The notes below the pieces were generated by a model. The model was not told the origin of the DNA. It saw only the letters and a list, made by a program, of their open reading frames with translations, and searched no databases. From positions 27,291-91,290 of the forward strand of contig JAZUOT010000030.1 in assembly GCA_045604805.1 (NCBI GenBank): a DNA stretch of 64,000 nt, given 5' to 3'. The translations under genes and the position numbers were made by a program. The DNA comes from Acutalibacteraceae bacterium. GTDB taxonomy: Bacteria > Bacillota > Clostridia > Oscillospirales > Acutalibacteraceae. The first letter of the stretch is position 1, and each line of letters begins with the position of its first letter. Of this stretch, positions 24,508-33,427 are shown piece by piece.

Positions 24508-25785
24508 ATGTCCGGTGAGTTGTCGGACTTACCTGATTTTTATGTCAGCCTATCCGTACTATTTTTATTTTTTTCTGCTTTTTTTAATGCTGTTAAGTTT
24601 GCCTTGTCATCTTTAGAATGCTCTGATGAAAATAATGGCATAGCTTTACGAAAAAAGACTCTGTCTATCATAGGAATAAAAATATATATTTTCTTATTTA
24701 ATTGTATGGCTCTAGTATTATCGACGATATTTTTCTTTTACCTATTCCAGAAAAATTTATATTTTTCTCACAATAATGTCATTAGTGTCATGTATCTTAT
24801 TTTTATCGTATCTGTATATATGTGTGTCACGTCTGTATTTTGTGAGATAATACCAGAGAGATTAGTTTCAAAAAATCAAATGGATTTTTTAAACAAGTTT
24901 TCTAAAATAATTTCTATATTTGTTATTCCGACTAGGCCTATTGCTATGTTCATATTGTTTCTGAGCAAACAAATTTTAAAACTGTTTGGAACTTCGCATA
25001 CAACGACATCAGAATTAAAGGACAAGGCCGAAGAGAACATATTAGACATGATAGATAAAGGCAGCAAAAGTGGTGTTATAGAAAATAGAGTCAAAGATAT
25101 GGTTTCGGGTATCTTTGAGTTTGATGATACTATCGTAAGCGAAATAATGACACATAGAACAGAAATGACTGCAATACAAGACGATAAATCTCTCAGAGAT
25201 GCCGTAGATTTAGCTACGCAGACTGGCTTTTCAAGAATACCTGTATTCCGTGAAGATATGGATGATATCATAGGTATTGTTTATGCAAAAGATCTGTTGA
25301 AGTATGTATATACTGATGTTTCAACAGATATACCCTTAAAAAATATCATGCGGCCTGTAATTTTTATTCCCAAAACTAAACATCTGGACGAATTATTTGC
25401 CGATATGCGACAATCCAAAACCCAGATAGCTATTATAGTAGATGAATATGGTGGGACTGAGGGATTAGTTACTATAGAGGATCTTATAGAAGAGATTTTG
25501 GGTAATATCCAAGACGAATATGATATAGAAGAAGCTGAAGTTAAAAAAGTAAATGAAACTACGCTTACTATAGATGGAAATATGAATATAGATGAAGCAG
25601 CTGATCTTTTAGATATATCCATTCCAGATGGAGATTATGAGACTATATCAGGTTTTATCATAGAAAAACTTGGTTACATACCGTGTTTCGGCGAACATCC
25701 TAAAGTTTCTATAGGTGAATTTTCTTTTACAGTTTCTGGAGTTGAAGATAGAAGGATTTCAAAGATAATAGTGGTAAAAAAATAA
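24508..25785 (+). CDS. CNNM/CorC-type hemolysin-family protein (DUF21 membrane domain, CBS pair, CorC_HlyC)
   Basis: Four N-terminal TM helices, a CBS-pair region (VSEIMTHRTEM...IPVFRED...GIVYAKDLL), and a C-terminal transporter-associated domain. Confidence 0.85.
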   Translation: MSGELSDLPDFYVSLSVLFLFFSAFFNAVKFALSSLECSDENNGIALRKKTLSIIGIKIYIFLFNCMALVLSTIFFFYLFQKNLYFSHNNVISVMYLIFIVSVYMCVTSVFCEIIPERLVSKNQMDFLNKFSKIISIFVIPTRPIAMFILFLSKQILKLFGTSHTTTSELKDKAEENILDMIDKGSKSGVIENRVKDMVSGIFEFDDTIVSEIMTHRTEMTAIQDDKSLRDAVDLATQTGFSRIPVFREDMDDIIGIVYAKDLLKYVYTDVSTDIPLKNIMRPVIFIPKTKHLDELFADMRQSKTQIAIIVDEYGGTEGLVTIEDLIEEILGNIQDEYDIEEAEVKKVNETTLTIDGNMNIDEAADLLDISIPDGDYETISGFIIEKLGYIPCFGEHPKVSIGEFSFTVSGVEDRRISKIIVVKK

Positions 25786-26123
25786 CAACAACAGTGATAT
25801 ATACTGAAATTCGATGACATAATGAAAAGAAGTTAGGTAGTATTAATGTTTGCCTCGTTTCGCTGTGATACAACCGACAAAAATCAGATCTAATATCAAA
25901 AGTCTCTGTAGCAGTTTTAAATTTTTCGGGAATGCTACTTTTTTTTGGGTATCACACCAATGGAAAGCACGTGTATCCGATTTGCTATTATTGGTGAATA
26001 CCATTACACTATTTATAGTTTGGGGTATGTTCATCAAAGTATCCCTTTCCCCTGAAAGCTATTGAGTTATGACGAAATAAGTACTTTGATAGCATAATAA
26101 AAATTTTGTTTTAGAGGAAATTT

Positions 26124-26888
26124 ATGTTATTGGCTTTTGATATTGGGAATACCCAAGTGACTGCAGGGATACATAATGGCGATAAATGGATGAGGATAGT
26201 TAGATTCTCTTCAGGTAAAAACAAAACCAGTGATAAATATGCAAATGAGATCAATGATTTTTTAAATGATTGTGCCATCTCTGTTGATGATATTTCAGCA
26301 GGTATTATTTCATCGGTAGTTCCTTGTGTAACTTGCGCTTTGCAAGATGCAATAAAAAATATATTTAATTTTGAGCCAGTCCTGATAAATGAAAATCTAA
26401 ATTGCGATATCAGAGTTGATATTGATGATCCCGCTTCCCTCGGTAGTGATATTTTATGTGGCTGTGTTGCTGCTGCAAAAAAATATACTTTACCCGCTAT
26501 AGTGTTTGATTTTGGTTCTGCTACAACAGCTTGTATCGTTGACAAAAATTCGAATTTGCTTGGTGGTATGATAATTCCTGGACTTAAGATGTCGCTTAAA
26601 GCACTTTATTCGGGTTGTGCTATGCTATCTGAAGTTCAAATAGCTAAACCAAAAAGACTTATAGGAAAAAACACTGAAGAATCCATACAAGCTGGTGTAG
26701 TATATAGCAATGTAGCTATAATTGACAATATAAGTCAACGTATACAGGAGGAGCTTGGTGAAAAATGTACAATTGTAGTGACTGGTGGTATGTCTGCTTA
26801 TATTTCGCCTTATACAAAGGCAGATGTAATTTGGGACGAGAATTTAGTTTTAGATGGGATGAGATTTATATATGAACAAAATAAATGA
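26124..26888 (+). CDS. coaX: type III pantothenate kinase
   Basis: MLLAFDIGNTQVT N-terminal ASKHA motif, DFGSATT, and a length of 254 aa. Confidence 0.9.
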   Translation: MLLAFDIGNTQVTAGIHNGDKWMRIVRFSSGKNKTSDKYANEINDFLNDCAISVDDISAGIISSVVPCVTCALQDAIKNIFNFEPVLINENLNCDIRVDIDDPASLGSDILCGCVAAAKKYTLPAIVFDFGSATTACIVDKNSNLLGGMIIPGLKMSLKALYSGCAMLSEVQIAKPKRLIGKNTEESIQAGVVYSNVAIIDNISQRIQEELGEKCTIVVTGGMSAYISPYTKADVIWDENLVLDGMRFIYEQNK

Positions 26889-27468
26889 TATTTCCAGTAA
26901 AAATTTAAAAATGGCTTGGTTTGGAATTTTTAGTGCAATAATTGCACTTTTGACATTTACGCCACTGGGATATATACCTCTTGGAGCAGTTTCAGCTACG
27001 ACTGTACATATACCTGTAATAATTGCTTCTATTGTATTTGGGATATATTTTGGAGCTGGTTTGGGTTTTGTAATGGGTGTTTTGTGTATATTGAGGGCTG
27101 TCACTATGGCTTCAGCTCCAACGGATCTTTTTTTCATGAACCCTGTCGTTTCTGTTTTACCTAGGATATGTATAGGTTTAGTTGCAGCTTCAGTTTTTAC
27201 ACTTTCAAAGAGAATACTAAAAAGCTGCAAAAAAAGAGAAAGTATAGCTGTTGCTATTTCAGCAGCCTTAGCAACTCTTACAAACACTGTGCTAGTGCTG
27301 TTTTTCTTAGTGCTTTTATACGGTGAAAAAATATCGGTCTCACTTTCGCAGGCACTTTCTTTTATAATCGCTTCAATAATAGCCATAAACGGTATCGTTG
27401 AACTTGTTACTGCAATACTTATATCTGTTCCGGTATGTTTAGCTCTCTATAAATTAAAAAGTTTTTAG
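26872..27468 (+). CDS. ECF transporter S component (possibly pantothenate-specific, given coaX linkage)
   Basis: 198 aa with about 6 TM helices. Contains the FTPLGYIPLG...TVHIPVII pattern typical of ECF substrate-capture subunits. Overlaps the coaX stop. Confidence 0.65.
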   Translation: MNKINDISSKNLKMAWFGIFSAIIALLTFTPLGYIPLGAVSATTVHIPVIIASIVFGIYFGAGLGFVMGVLCILRAVTMASAPTDLFFMNPVVSVLPRICIGLVAASVFTLSKRILKSCKKRESIAVAISAALATLTNTVLVLFFLVLLYGEKISVSLSQALSFIIASIIAINGIVELVTAILISVPVCLALYKLKSF

Positions 27469-27501
27469 TTTTTCTTAGAAAACGAAAGGAAAGTTTACAC
27501 A

Positions 27502-28596
27502 ATGAAACTAGGTATCGTAGGTCTCCCAAATGTAGGAAAAAGCACATTGTTCAATGCACTTACAAACTCTAAGGCACAATCAGCCAATTACCCATTTTGT
27601 ACTATAGAACCAAATGTGGGGATAGTTACAGTTCCAGATGAGCGAATTGAGGCCTTGGCAAAAATGTATTCTCCGAAAAAAATAACGCCCGCTACTATAG
27701 AATTTGTTGATATTGCAGGTCTTGTTAAAGGAGCATCAAAGGGTGAAGGCTTAGGGAATAAGTTCCTTGCAAATATCCGTGAGGTTGATGCAATAGTTCA
27801 TGTAGTAAGGTGCTTCGAAAACGATGATATTACTCATGTAGATGGTAGCATAGACCCCAAAAGAGACATAGAAACTATAAACTATGAACTTATACTTTCT
27901 GACCTAGAAATGATAGACCGACGTATAGATAAAACTAAAAAAATGCTCAAAAGTGATAAAAAATATAAAGCTGAACTTGAGTTTTTTGAGAAAGTTAAAG
28001 CCGTGCTTGATAGTGGTCAAATGGCATCTACTGTGGAATGTAGCGAAGATGAAGCTAAGTTGCTATCTACCGTTGCACTACTTAGCAATAAATCTATGAT
28101 ATACGCTGCTAATATGAGCGAAGAAGATTTTTCTACAGGGATAGAATCAAACCAGAACTATAAAAAAGTATGTAAAATAGCTCAGAAAGAAAATGCAGCT
28201 GTACTACCTGTTTGTGCCGAATTAGAAGCTCAAATCTCAGAATTATCTGCAGAAGAAAAGACCATGTTCTTGGAAGATATGGGCCTTCATGAATCAGGAC
28301 TAGATAGGCTTATACGTGAATGCTATAAACTTTTAGGACTTATTTCTTACCTGACTGCAGGGGAGCCAGAAGTTCGTGCTTGGACTATAACTCAAGGCAC
28401 TAAAGCCCCTCAGGCTGCAGGAAAAATACATACGGATTTTGAAAGAGGTTTTATCAGAGCTGAAGTAATAGAATGTGACAAGCTTCTCGAGTGTGGAAAT
28501 CTTGCTAAGGCTAAAGAAAAAGGGTTAGTCCGCTCCGAAGGTAAGGACTATGTCATGAAAGACGGAGATGTCGTGCTCTTCAGATTTAATGTATAA
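27502..28596 (+). CDS. ychF: redox-regulated ribosome-binding ATPase YchF
   Basis: GIVGLPNVGKSTLFNALT P-loop, a TGS-like C-terminus (DGDVVLFRFNV), and a length of 364 aa. Confidence 0.95.
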   Translation: MKLGIVGLPNVGKSTLFNALTNSKAQSANYPFCTIEPNVGIVTVPDERIEALAKMYSPKKITPATIEFVDIAGLVKGASKGEGLGNKFLANIREVDAIVHVVRCFENDDITHVDGSIDPKRDIETINYELILSDLEMIDRRIDKTKKMLKSDKKYKAELEFFEKVKAVLDSGQMASTVECSEDEAKLLSTVALLSNKSMIYAANMSEEDFSTGIESNQNYKKVCKIAQKENAAVLPVCAELEAQISELSAEEKTMFLEDMGLHESGLDRLIRECYKLLGLISYLTAGEPEVRAWTITQGTKAPQAAGKIHTDFERGFIRAEVIECDKLLECGNLAKAKEKGLVRSEGKDYVMKDGDVVLFRFNV

Positions 28597-28789
28597 GTAT
28601 TAATTTGTTTTACATTCAAAAACCACTAAGATGAATAAACTCAAAAGAAAAAAGTGATCTTACGTATCTACGATCCATTTTGAGAAACCATTTTTTCAAC
28701 CATCAATATACTATTTCTTTTCCAGATTTGGAATGACAATATGATTAGCTATAAAATTGCTGCTGCAGATAGGATTTAGTGCTTCAATA

Positions 28790-29700
28790 CATTAGAAACT
28801 TGCGCTTATCTGATGCACAATCGAGTAGGGGAGATTTTCTCCTCCCTCTCACGCCACTCTACGTACCGTTTAGCATATAGCGTTTCAACATAACTTCCAA
28901 GCGTGACGCTTATTATAGTAGTCAAGACAACTTACAATACCTGTTTTAGCCAATGTTCCCTTAGTTAGAGATTGCTCTAATTGCGCATATTTTCATGGTG
29001 CTCCAGTAATAACGATCTCAGCAATATGCGGTTAGTCTCGCAAGGTATTTTTTAATCCCAAGCTTTTGTAATCACTGTTGCCGCTTCTCTTTGGTATTTT
29101 CGATTGCTTCCAAATGATAATTCCGAGTCTCATACGTAAATGTGCGTCGATTTATGCCATTACCGTTTTCATAGCTCTAAGGGCATAGTAGTTAATCCAT
29201 CCCATTGACACCTAACTGATTTTCGCAATCTTACTTGTGACTGTTCCAAGCATTATCTTACAGGTCAGCTTCTTTAAATCATCCACACTGCCTGTCTCTT
29301 TATTGGTGCAAGCTCTTTTATATACGGCGTTCATGTTGTTACTGGACAGTATCTTTTTTAACAGTTCCGACAATTGCCTTGTGGACTTTCACCACAGACT
29401 GTCATTATGCCCATTATATTTTTCCATTTCGCTTAGATATTACCACATTTCCGGGGTTTGATGAATTTAATGGACAAGGTGTTATAAATAACGACTTTTT
29501 TGCTAATAATAAAATACTAGAATAAAATAGAAGTAGCATCAATCAGAAACCATGCTAATAGTCAAATTGCAGGCGTTGCAATTAGTGCTTTAACACTTAT
29601 TCTGACTTATGACGAGAATTGTAGCCTTGTCTGTAGAGCCCGTTAAGGCCTTTGTTGCGACTTCAATAGCTGCACTAATTTAACATTGTTATATCTTTTG
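28790..29700 (-). mobile_element. decayed group II intron remnant with internally deleted RT/maturase pseudogene
   Basis: Minus-strand translation gives ELLKKILSSNNMNAVYKRACTNKETGSVDD, the N-terminus of an intron-encoded protein. After the RT domains are lost it gives S*VSMGWINYYALRAMKTVMA*IDAHLRMRLGIIIWKQS, the maturase X domain with stops. Outer boundaries are approximate. Confidence 0.7.
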
Positions 29701-29878
29701 GCCACAACCTAAAACCACCCATGGTATATTCCATAGGAGGTTTTGCTTTTATTAGTGAATTTTTTGCAGTTCACCTAGATTTTATGTATTTAGTTGAGCA
29801 CAAACACAAATTTGACAGCAATAATTCTAATGCTAACTAGAGATGATTGCTCCCAGAACAAAGCACTACCATTAAGTA

Positions 29879-30130
29879 CTACTGTTCCACCGTAACACCA
29901 ATATATATCTTTTCATTACGCTTAGAAAGGCCTAAACGTTCTCTTGCTATTTTCTCAACATATTTTTCTGTTTTCTCTGTATCTGCATTAAGTACATTCT
30001 TTAGCTCGTCATTTGTGTAGTTTTGTTCTTTAAGTTCACTTTGAATAGAAGCAAGTCTTACCTGTTTTTTGTTTATCTCAAGTTGTTGATTTACCATAAC
30101 AAAGCACATATACAACACAAAAATTACCAA
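29879..30130 (-). CDS. septum formation initiator family protein (FtsB/DivIC-like)
   Basis: One TM helix followed by a coiled coil, then YVEKIARERLGLSKRNEKIY. The frame stays open upstream and encodes a basic stretch (RKKNSKF), so the true start may be a non-canonical codon upstream of TTG 30130. Confidence 0.7.
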   Translation of the reverse strand: MVIFVLYMCFVMVNQQLEINKKQVRLASIQSELKEQNYTNDELKNVLNADTEKTEKYVEKIARERLGLSKRNEKIYIGVTVEQ

Positions 30131-30243
30131 TGATAACTTAAGAAGAGTAAATTTACTATTTTTTTTTCTATTGTCAGCAGACTCAAGCCTTAATAGACGC
30201 TTTATAATAATACACCCCTTTGTATATACAAATAAGCACCATT

Positions 30244-31224
30244 TTATTTTATCTTTCCATACAGTGGTGATGACAGTCCTTCATCAGTTTTGATGCAATC
30301 ATCAAGTTCTGTTTTTTTATTTTGAATACTTTCACTATCATCTGGCTTAGTTACTTTCGAATATGGTGTAGCCTTCAAACTGTTTCGAGAAGTTGCTGGC
30401 GCAATTACAACGTGTCTCTTGTTCCCTGTACCTTCGCTCCAAGAAATTATTCCTTTTTCTTTTTTTATTTCCAAGTGTACAATCTTTCTGTCGTAAGTAC
30501 CCATAGGTCTCAAAGATATTTTCTTGTGGTTTTTCCGAGAGAAAGCCGCTTTGCTGTGAGCTAATGCAACTATAGCTTTTTCATGCTTTCTTTTATAGTC
30601 ACAGACATCTAAACATACTTTAAGATACTGATTCTCCTGCAATCCCTTCCTAACATATAAATTAACAAGTGTCTGCAAGGAAAGCAAAGTTTCTCCCCTA
30701 AAGCCTATTAAGCTTTTAGCCTCTTTGCTTTCCATTTTTATTGTGATTCCCCGACTGGTTACTTGTGAAGAAAACTTAACCTCATCAAAATCATTTACAA
30801 GATATTTAATCATTGATTTTATATATTCAATTGCATTCGTTTCGATTTGGCTTTTTTGCTCATCTGTTAATCTAGGTATTTTCTTTGCTTCCACAAGATC
30901 GTGATCTTGGGACATCGAAGATTTTTTTACATCACTCTGACGGTTTGATTTTATTTTGTTTTTAGACTCAGTAGATCTTGCCTTAACATCTGTAGAATTC
31001 TGAACCTTTTTATTGGAAGCATCCGAGTTGCTTGTGGTATTAATTTTATTTTCCACATAAACACGAACCTTAGCAAGTTTTCCTCCAAATAAACCAAAAA
31101 TTTTCTTTTCAGGCAATTCCAAAATTTCAAAATCAACCTCTTCTGCAACTGCTCCAAGCTTTTTGAAGGCATTTTCTTTTGCTTCTTCAACTGTTGTTCC
31201 TGTCGCTATAGCTTCTTTTAACAA
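30244..31224 (-). CDS. jag: Jag/KhpB (EloR) RNA-binding protein with Jag_N, KH and R3H domains
   Basis: The N-terminus (EAIATGTTVEEAKENAFKKLG) and the R3H region (DRKIVHLEIKKEKGIISWSEGTGNKRHVVI) match. Lies downstream of yidC, as usual. Confidence 0.9.
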   Translation of the reverse strand: MLKEAIATGTTVEEAKENAFKKLGAVAEEVDFEILELPEKKIFGLFGGKLAKVRVYVENKINTTSNSDASNKKVQNSTDVKARSTESKNKIKSNRQSDVKKSSMSQDHDLVEAKKIPRLTDEQKSQIETNAIEYIKSMIKYLVNDFDEVKFSSQVTSRGITIKMESKEAKSLIGFRGETLLSLQTLVNLYVRKGLQENQYLKVCLDVCDYKRKHEKAIVALAHSKAAFSRKNHKKISLRPMGTYDRKIVHLEIKKEKGIISWSEGTGNKRHVVIAPATSRNSLKATPYSKVTKPDDSESIQNKKTELDDCIKTDEGLSSPLYGKIK

Positions 31225-31294
31225 ATCAATACTCCCCTCTCAAAAAATATATATTATCTCGTATTGTTATTCAGATTGGAAACCAAATCTATGC

Positions 31295-32221
31295 TCAACT
31301 CATTGGTTTCATAGCCTGTTCTTCTAAAAGCCTACGCTGAATTCTTGCAGCTTCCTCTTTAGCAACCAATAGATCCCTACCATAAAAGATATTTATGATG
31401 TAAGTTTGTGCAAGATTTAAAATATTGCTTATTATCCAGTAAAATCCAACTGCCGCCGGGGCTGCGTACGCGATGTAAGCAGTTATTAATGGAAAAAAGT
31501 AAAGACTCCACTTCATACAACCTTGTTGTTGTTGTGCTGTACCTGTGATATTCTGAGTAACAATTTGCGCCACTAAGGAAGTCACTACGCAGAGCACAGG
31601 TATGACCCAAAGAAAAGTGGAAAGAGCACTGCCGCGCGGTGTTCCCAAAAGATTAAGCCCTAAAAAATTGAAACCCTGACTAAATAAGTCCAACTTGGCA
31701 ATATCAGTCGTGCTAAACACATTCACAAGATAATCTCTTAAATATTGGAACTCATTGACAACTCGAATCTGCATATACATATCAGATGTGGATAAATGTG
31801 CGCCAACTCCAGGTATTTGAGACAATAGATTAGCAGAATTAGCTACTGAAGCAGGGTCAACATGCAAGGTGTTAGTCAGTGGAAATACAACAGAATAGTA
31901 TATTCCCATCATAACAAGTAGTGGCACAAACATAGTAGAACAACCGCCCATGGGGTTTATTCCCTCTTTGGCGTAAAGCTCGGTCATTTCCTGCTGATAT
32001 CTTTGTCTGTCATCCCCACACTTTTTTTTTAGCTCTTCCAATTTCGACTGCATACGAGCAGTTTGTGCCATAGATTTTTGTTGTTTAACAGAAAACGGAA
32101 AGCTTATGATCTTAAACAATATGGTAAATAGAATTATAGCTACTCCGTAGTTTTTGGTAATCTCATAAAAGAACCATAGAACATATCCGAATATGTGCCC
32201 GACATAATTGAAAATTTGCAT
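31295..32221 (-). CDS. yidC: membrane protein insertase YidC/SpoIIIJ
   Basis: 308 aa. Contains PLSVKQQKSMAQTARMQSKLEELKKK and INPMGGC motifs. Sits in the rnpA-yidD-yidC-jag order. Confidence 0.93.
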   Translation of the reverse strand: MQIFNYVGHIFGYVLWFFYEITKNYGVAIILFTILFKIISFPFSVKQQKSMAQTARMQSKLEELKKKCGDDRQRYQQEMTELYAKEGINPMGGCSTMFVPLLVMMGIYYSVVFPLTNTLHVDPASVANSANLLSQIPGVGAHLSTSDMYMQIRVVNEFQYLRDYLVNVFSTTDIAKLDLFSQGFNFLGLNLLGTPRGSALSTFLWVIPVLCVVTSLVAQIVTQNITGTAQQQQGCMKWSLYFFPLITAYIAYAAPAAVGFYWIISNILNLAQTYIINIFYGRDLLVAKEEAARIQRRLLEEQAMKPMS

Positions 32222-32263
32222 TGTATAGGTAGCCTCCTAATAGATATACCTAAAGACACCAGA

Positions 32264-32491
32264 TTATTTTTTAGGTGGAACGGGATCAAAGCCGCCCTTT
32301 GAAAAAGGGTTGCAACGAATAAATCGCCCAAGAGCAAGAATAATACCTTTGAGCAGTCCATGCAGTTGTATAGCTTCAATAGCATAGTTTGAACAAGTAG
32401 GAATGTATTTGCAAGACGGTTTAGTATTACTCGAAATATATTTTTGGTAGAGTCGAATTAGCTTCACCGCAAAACTAGCACCTTTTGACAA
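32264..32491 (-). CDS. yidD: membrane protein insertion efficiency factor YidD
   Basis: YQKYIS...[16 protein letters not shown]...[14 protein letters not shown]. Confidence 0.92.
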   Translation of the reverse strand: MSKGASFAVKLIRLYQKYISSNTKPSCKYIPTCSNYAIEAIQLHGLLKGIILALGRFIRCNPFSKGGFDPVPPKK

Positions 32492-32494
32492 GAT

Positions 32495-32845
32495 CTAATT
32501 ACCACTTTCTTTTTTTAAAATATTTGCAGAATCTAGCAATTTCCGCATATCTTTCTTTATAAAAGTACTCTTTAAAAATGGAGTCTTTGCCCTAGCGACA
32601 AAGACTAAATTATAACCTATTATAATACTAGAACTAAGTTCAAAAAATGCTTGTTTTATAATCCTTCTGGCTCTGTTGCGCTTTACTGCACAACCTATTT
32701 TTTTACTAGCAGTTATGCCATACCTGGAAAAATTTTTTCTATCTTTGTGCACATAAAGAACCAGAGACGGAGTTACGTAAGACTTTCCCTTTGAGTAGGT
32801 CCTTTTGAACTCCGCATTTTTTTTCATTGGTACATAATCTTGCAT
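32495..32845 (-). CDS. rnpA: ribonuclease P protein component
   Basis: 116 aa and basic. Contains GITASKKIGCAVKRNRARRIIK (RNR motif). Lies next to rpmH. Confidence 0.92.
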   Translation of the reverse strand: MQDYVPMKKNAEFKRTYSKGKSYVTPSLVLYVHKDRKNFSRYGITASKKIGCAVKRNRARRIIKQAFFELSSSIIIGYNLVFVARAKTPFLKSTFIKKDMRKLLDSANILKKESGN

Positions 32846-32875
32846 ACAGCAGCCCTTCTAATTACAGGAAAAAAA

Positions 32876-33010
32876 TCAATAGCTTAAACGTTTCCTGCCC
32901 TTAGCTCTGCGTCTTGCTAAAACTTTCCTACCATTTCTATCGGCCATCCTCTTCATAAAACCGTGAATTTTATTTCTGTGCCTTTTCTTAGGCTGATATG
33001 TTCTGAACAT
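32876..33010 (-). CDS. rpmH: 50S ribosomal protein L34
   Basis: Hand-translated 44 aa: [44 protein letters not shown]. Below the ORF-track size cut-off. Confidence 0.95.
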   Translation of the reverse strand: MFRTYQPKKRHRNKIHGFMKRMADRNGRKVLARRRAKGRKRLSY

Positions 33011-33213
33011 ATTACTACATTTCTCCTCCTAACAGCAAATTCCATACTGGCACATTATACTATAGAGAATTATTTTCGTCAATTTGTTTTTTGTGACGGG
33101 AGTGCCTTTTTACAAGTGTTTAGAAAAAAGAGAAAAGACTATAAAACTCATCTATCTCCATAACTTCTAATAATTCGTTCGATAATTATTTTTTCCTTTA
33201 TTTGCTTTTATAG

Positions 33214-33399
33214 TTAATGTATCCAATATAAAAACATATTTTTTTCTACCCCAAGGATTCTTCCACTATTCCCTTCATAAAATATTTTAATAGCTCGTCT
33301 TTTAAACTCCTCACTGTCATTCAGTTCTGTTATGAACTTACGTCTACACTTTTCGCACTGATATTGCTGTTTGTATCTTGGCTTTCTCGCTTTCCAGAG
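33214..33399 (-). pseudogene. IS1-like transposase N-terminal fragment (InsA-type zinc finger plus HTH), no start codon
   Basis: Minus-strand translation: LWKARKPRYKQQYQCEKCRRKFITELNDSEEFKRRAIKIFYEGNSGRILGVEKNMFLYWIH*. It is preceded directly by an in-frame stop. The Y-x-C-x2-C-x3-F and YxEGxSxRxIxxxLGV patterns resemble IS1-family InsA. Confidence 0.45.
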
Positions 33400-33427
33400 C
33401 TATTTACTCTCACATTACATGCTACTT

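Noticed and set aside
26850-27386. 178-aa minus-strand ORF.
   Set aside because: It is fully antisense to the well-supported ECF S-component gene, and its hydrophobic content mirrors that membrane protein.
29385-29400. GGTGAAAGTCC (minus strand), reminiscent of the RNase P RNA GGAAAGTCC core.
   Set aside because: The context is the 5' untranslated part of the intron ORF region. None of the other conserved RNase P helices or motifs are present.
29237-29461. 74-aa plus-strand ORF.
   Set aside because: It lies inside the group II intron remnant on the opposite strand, and its composition is not protein-like.
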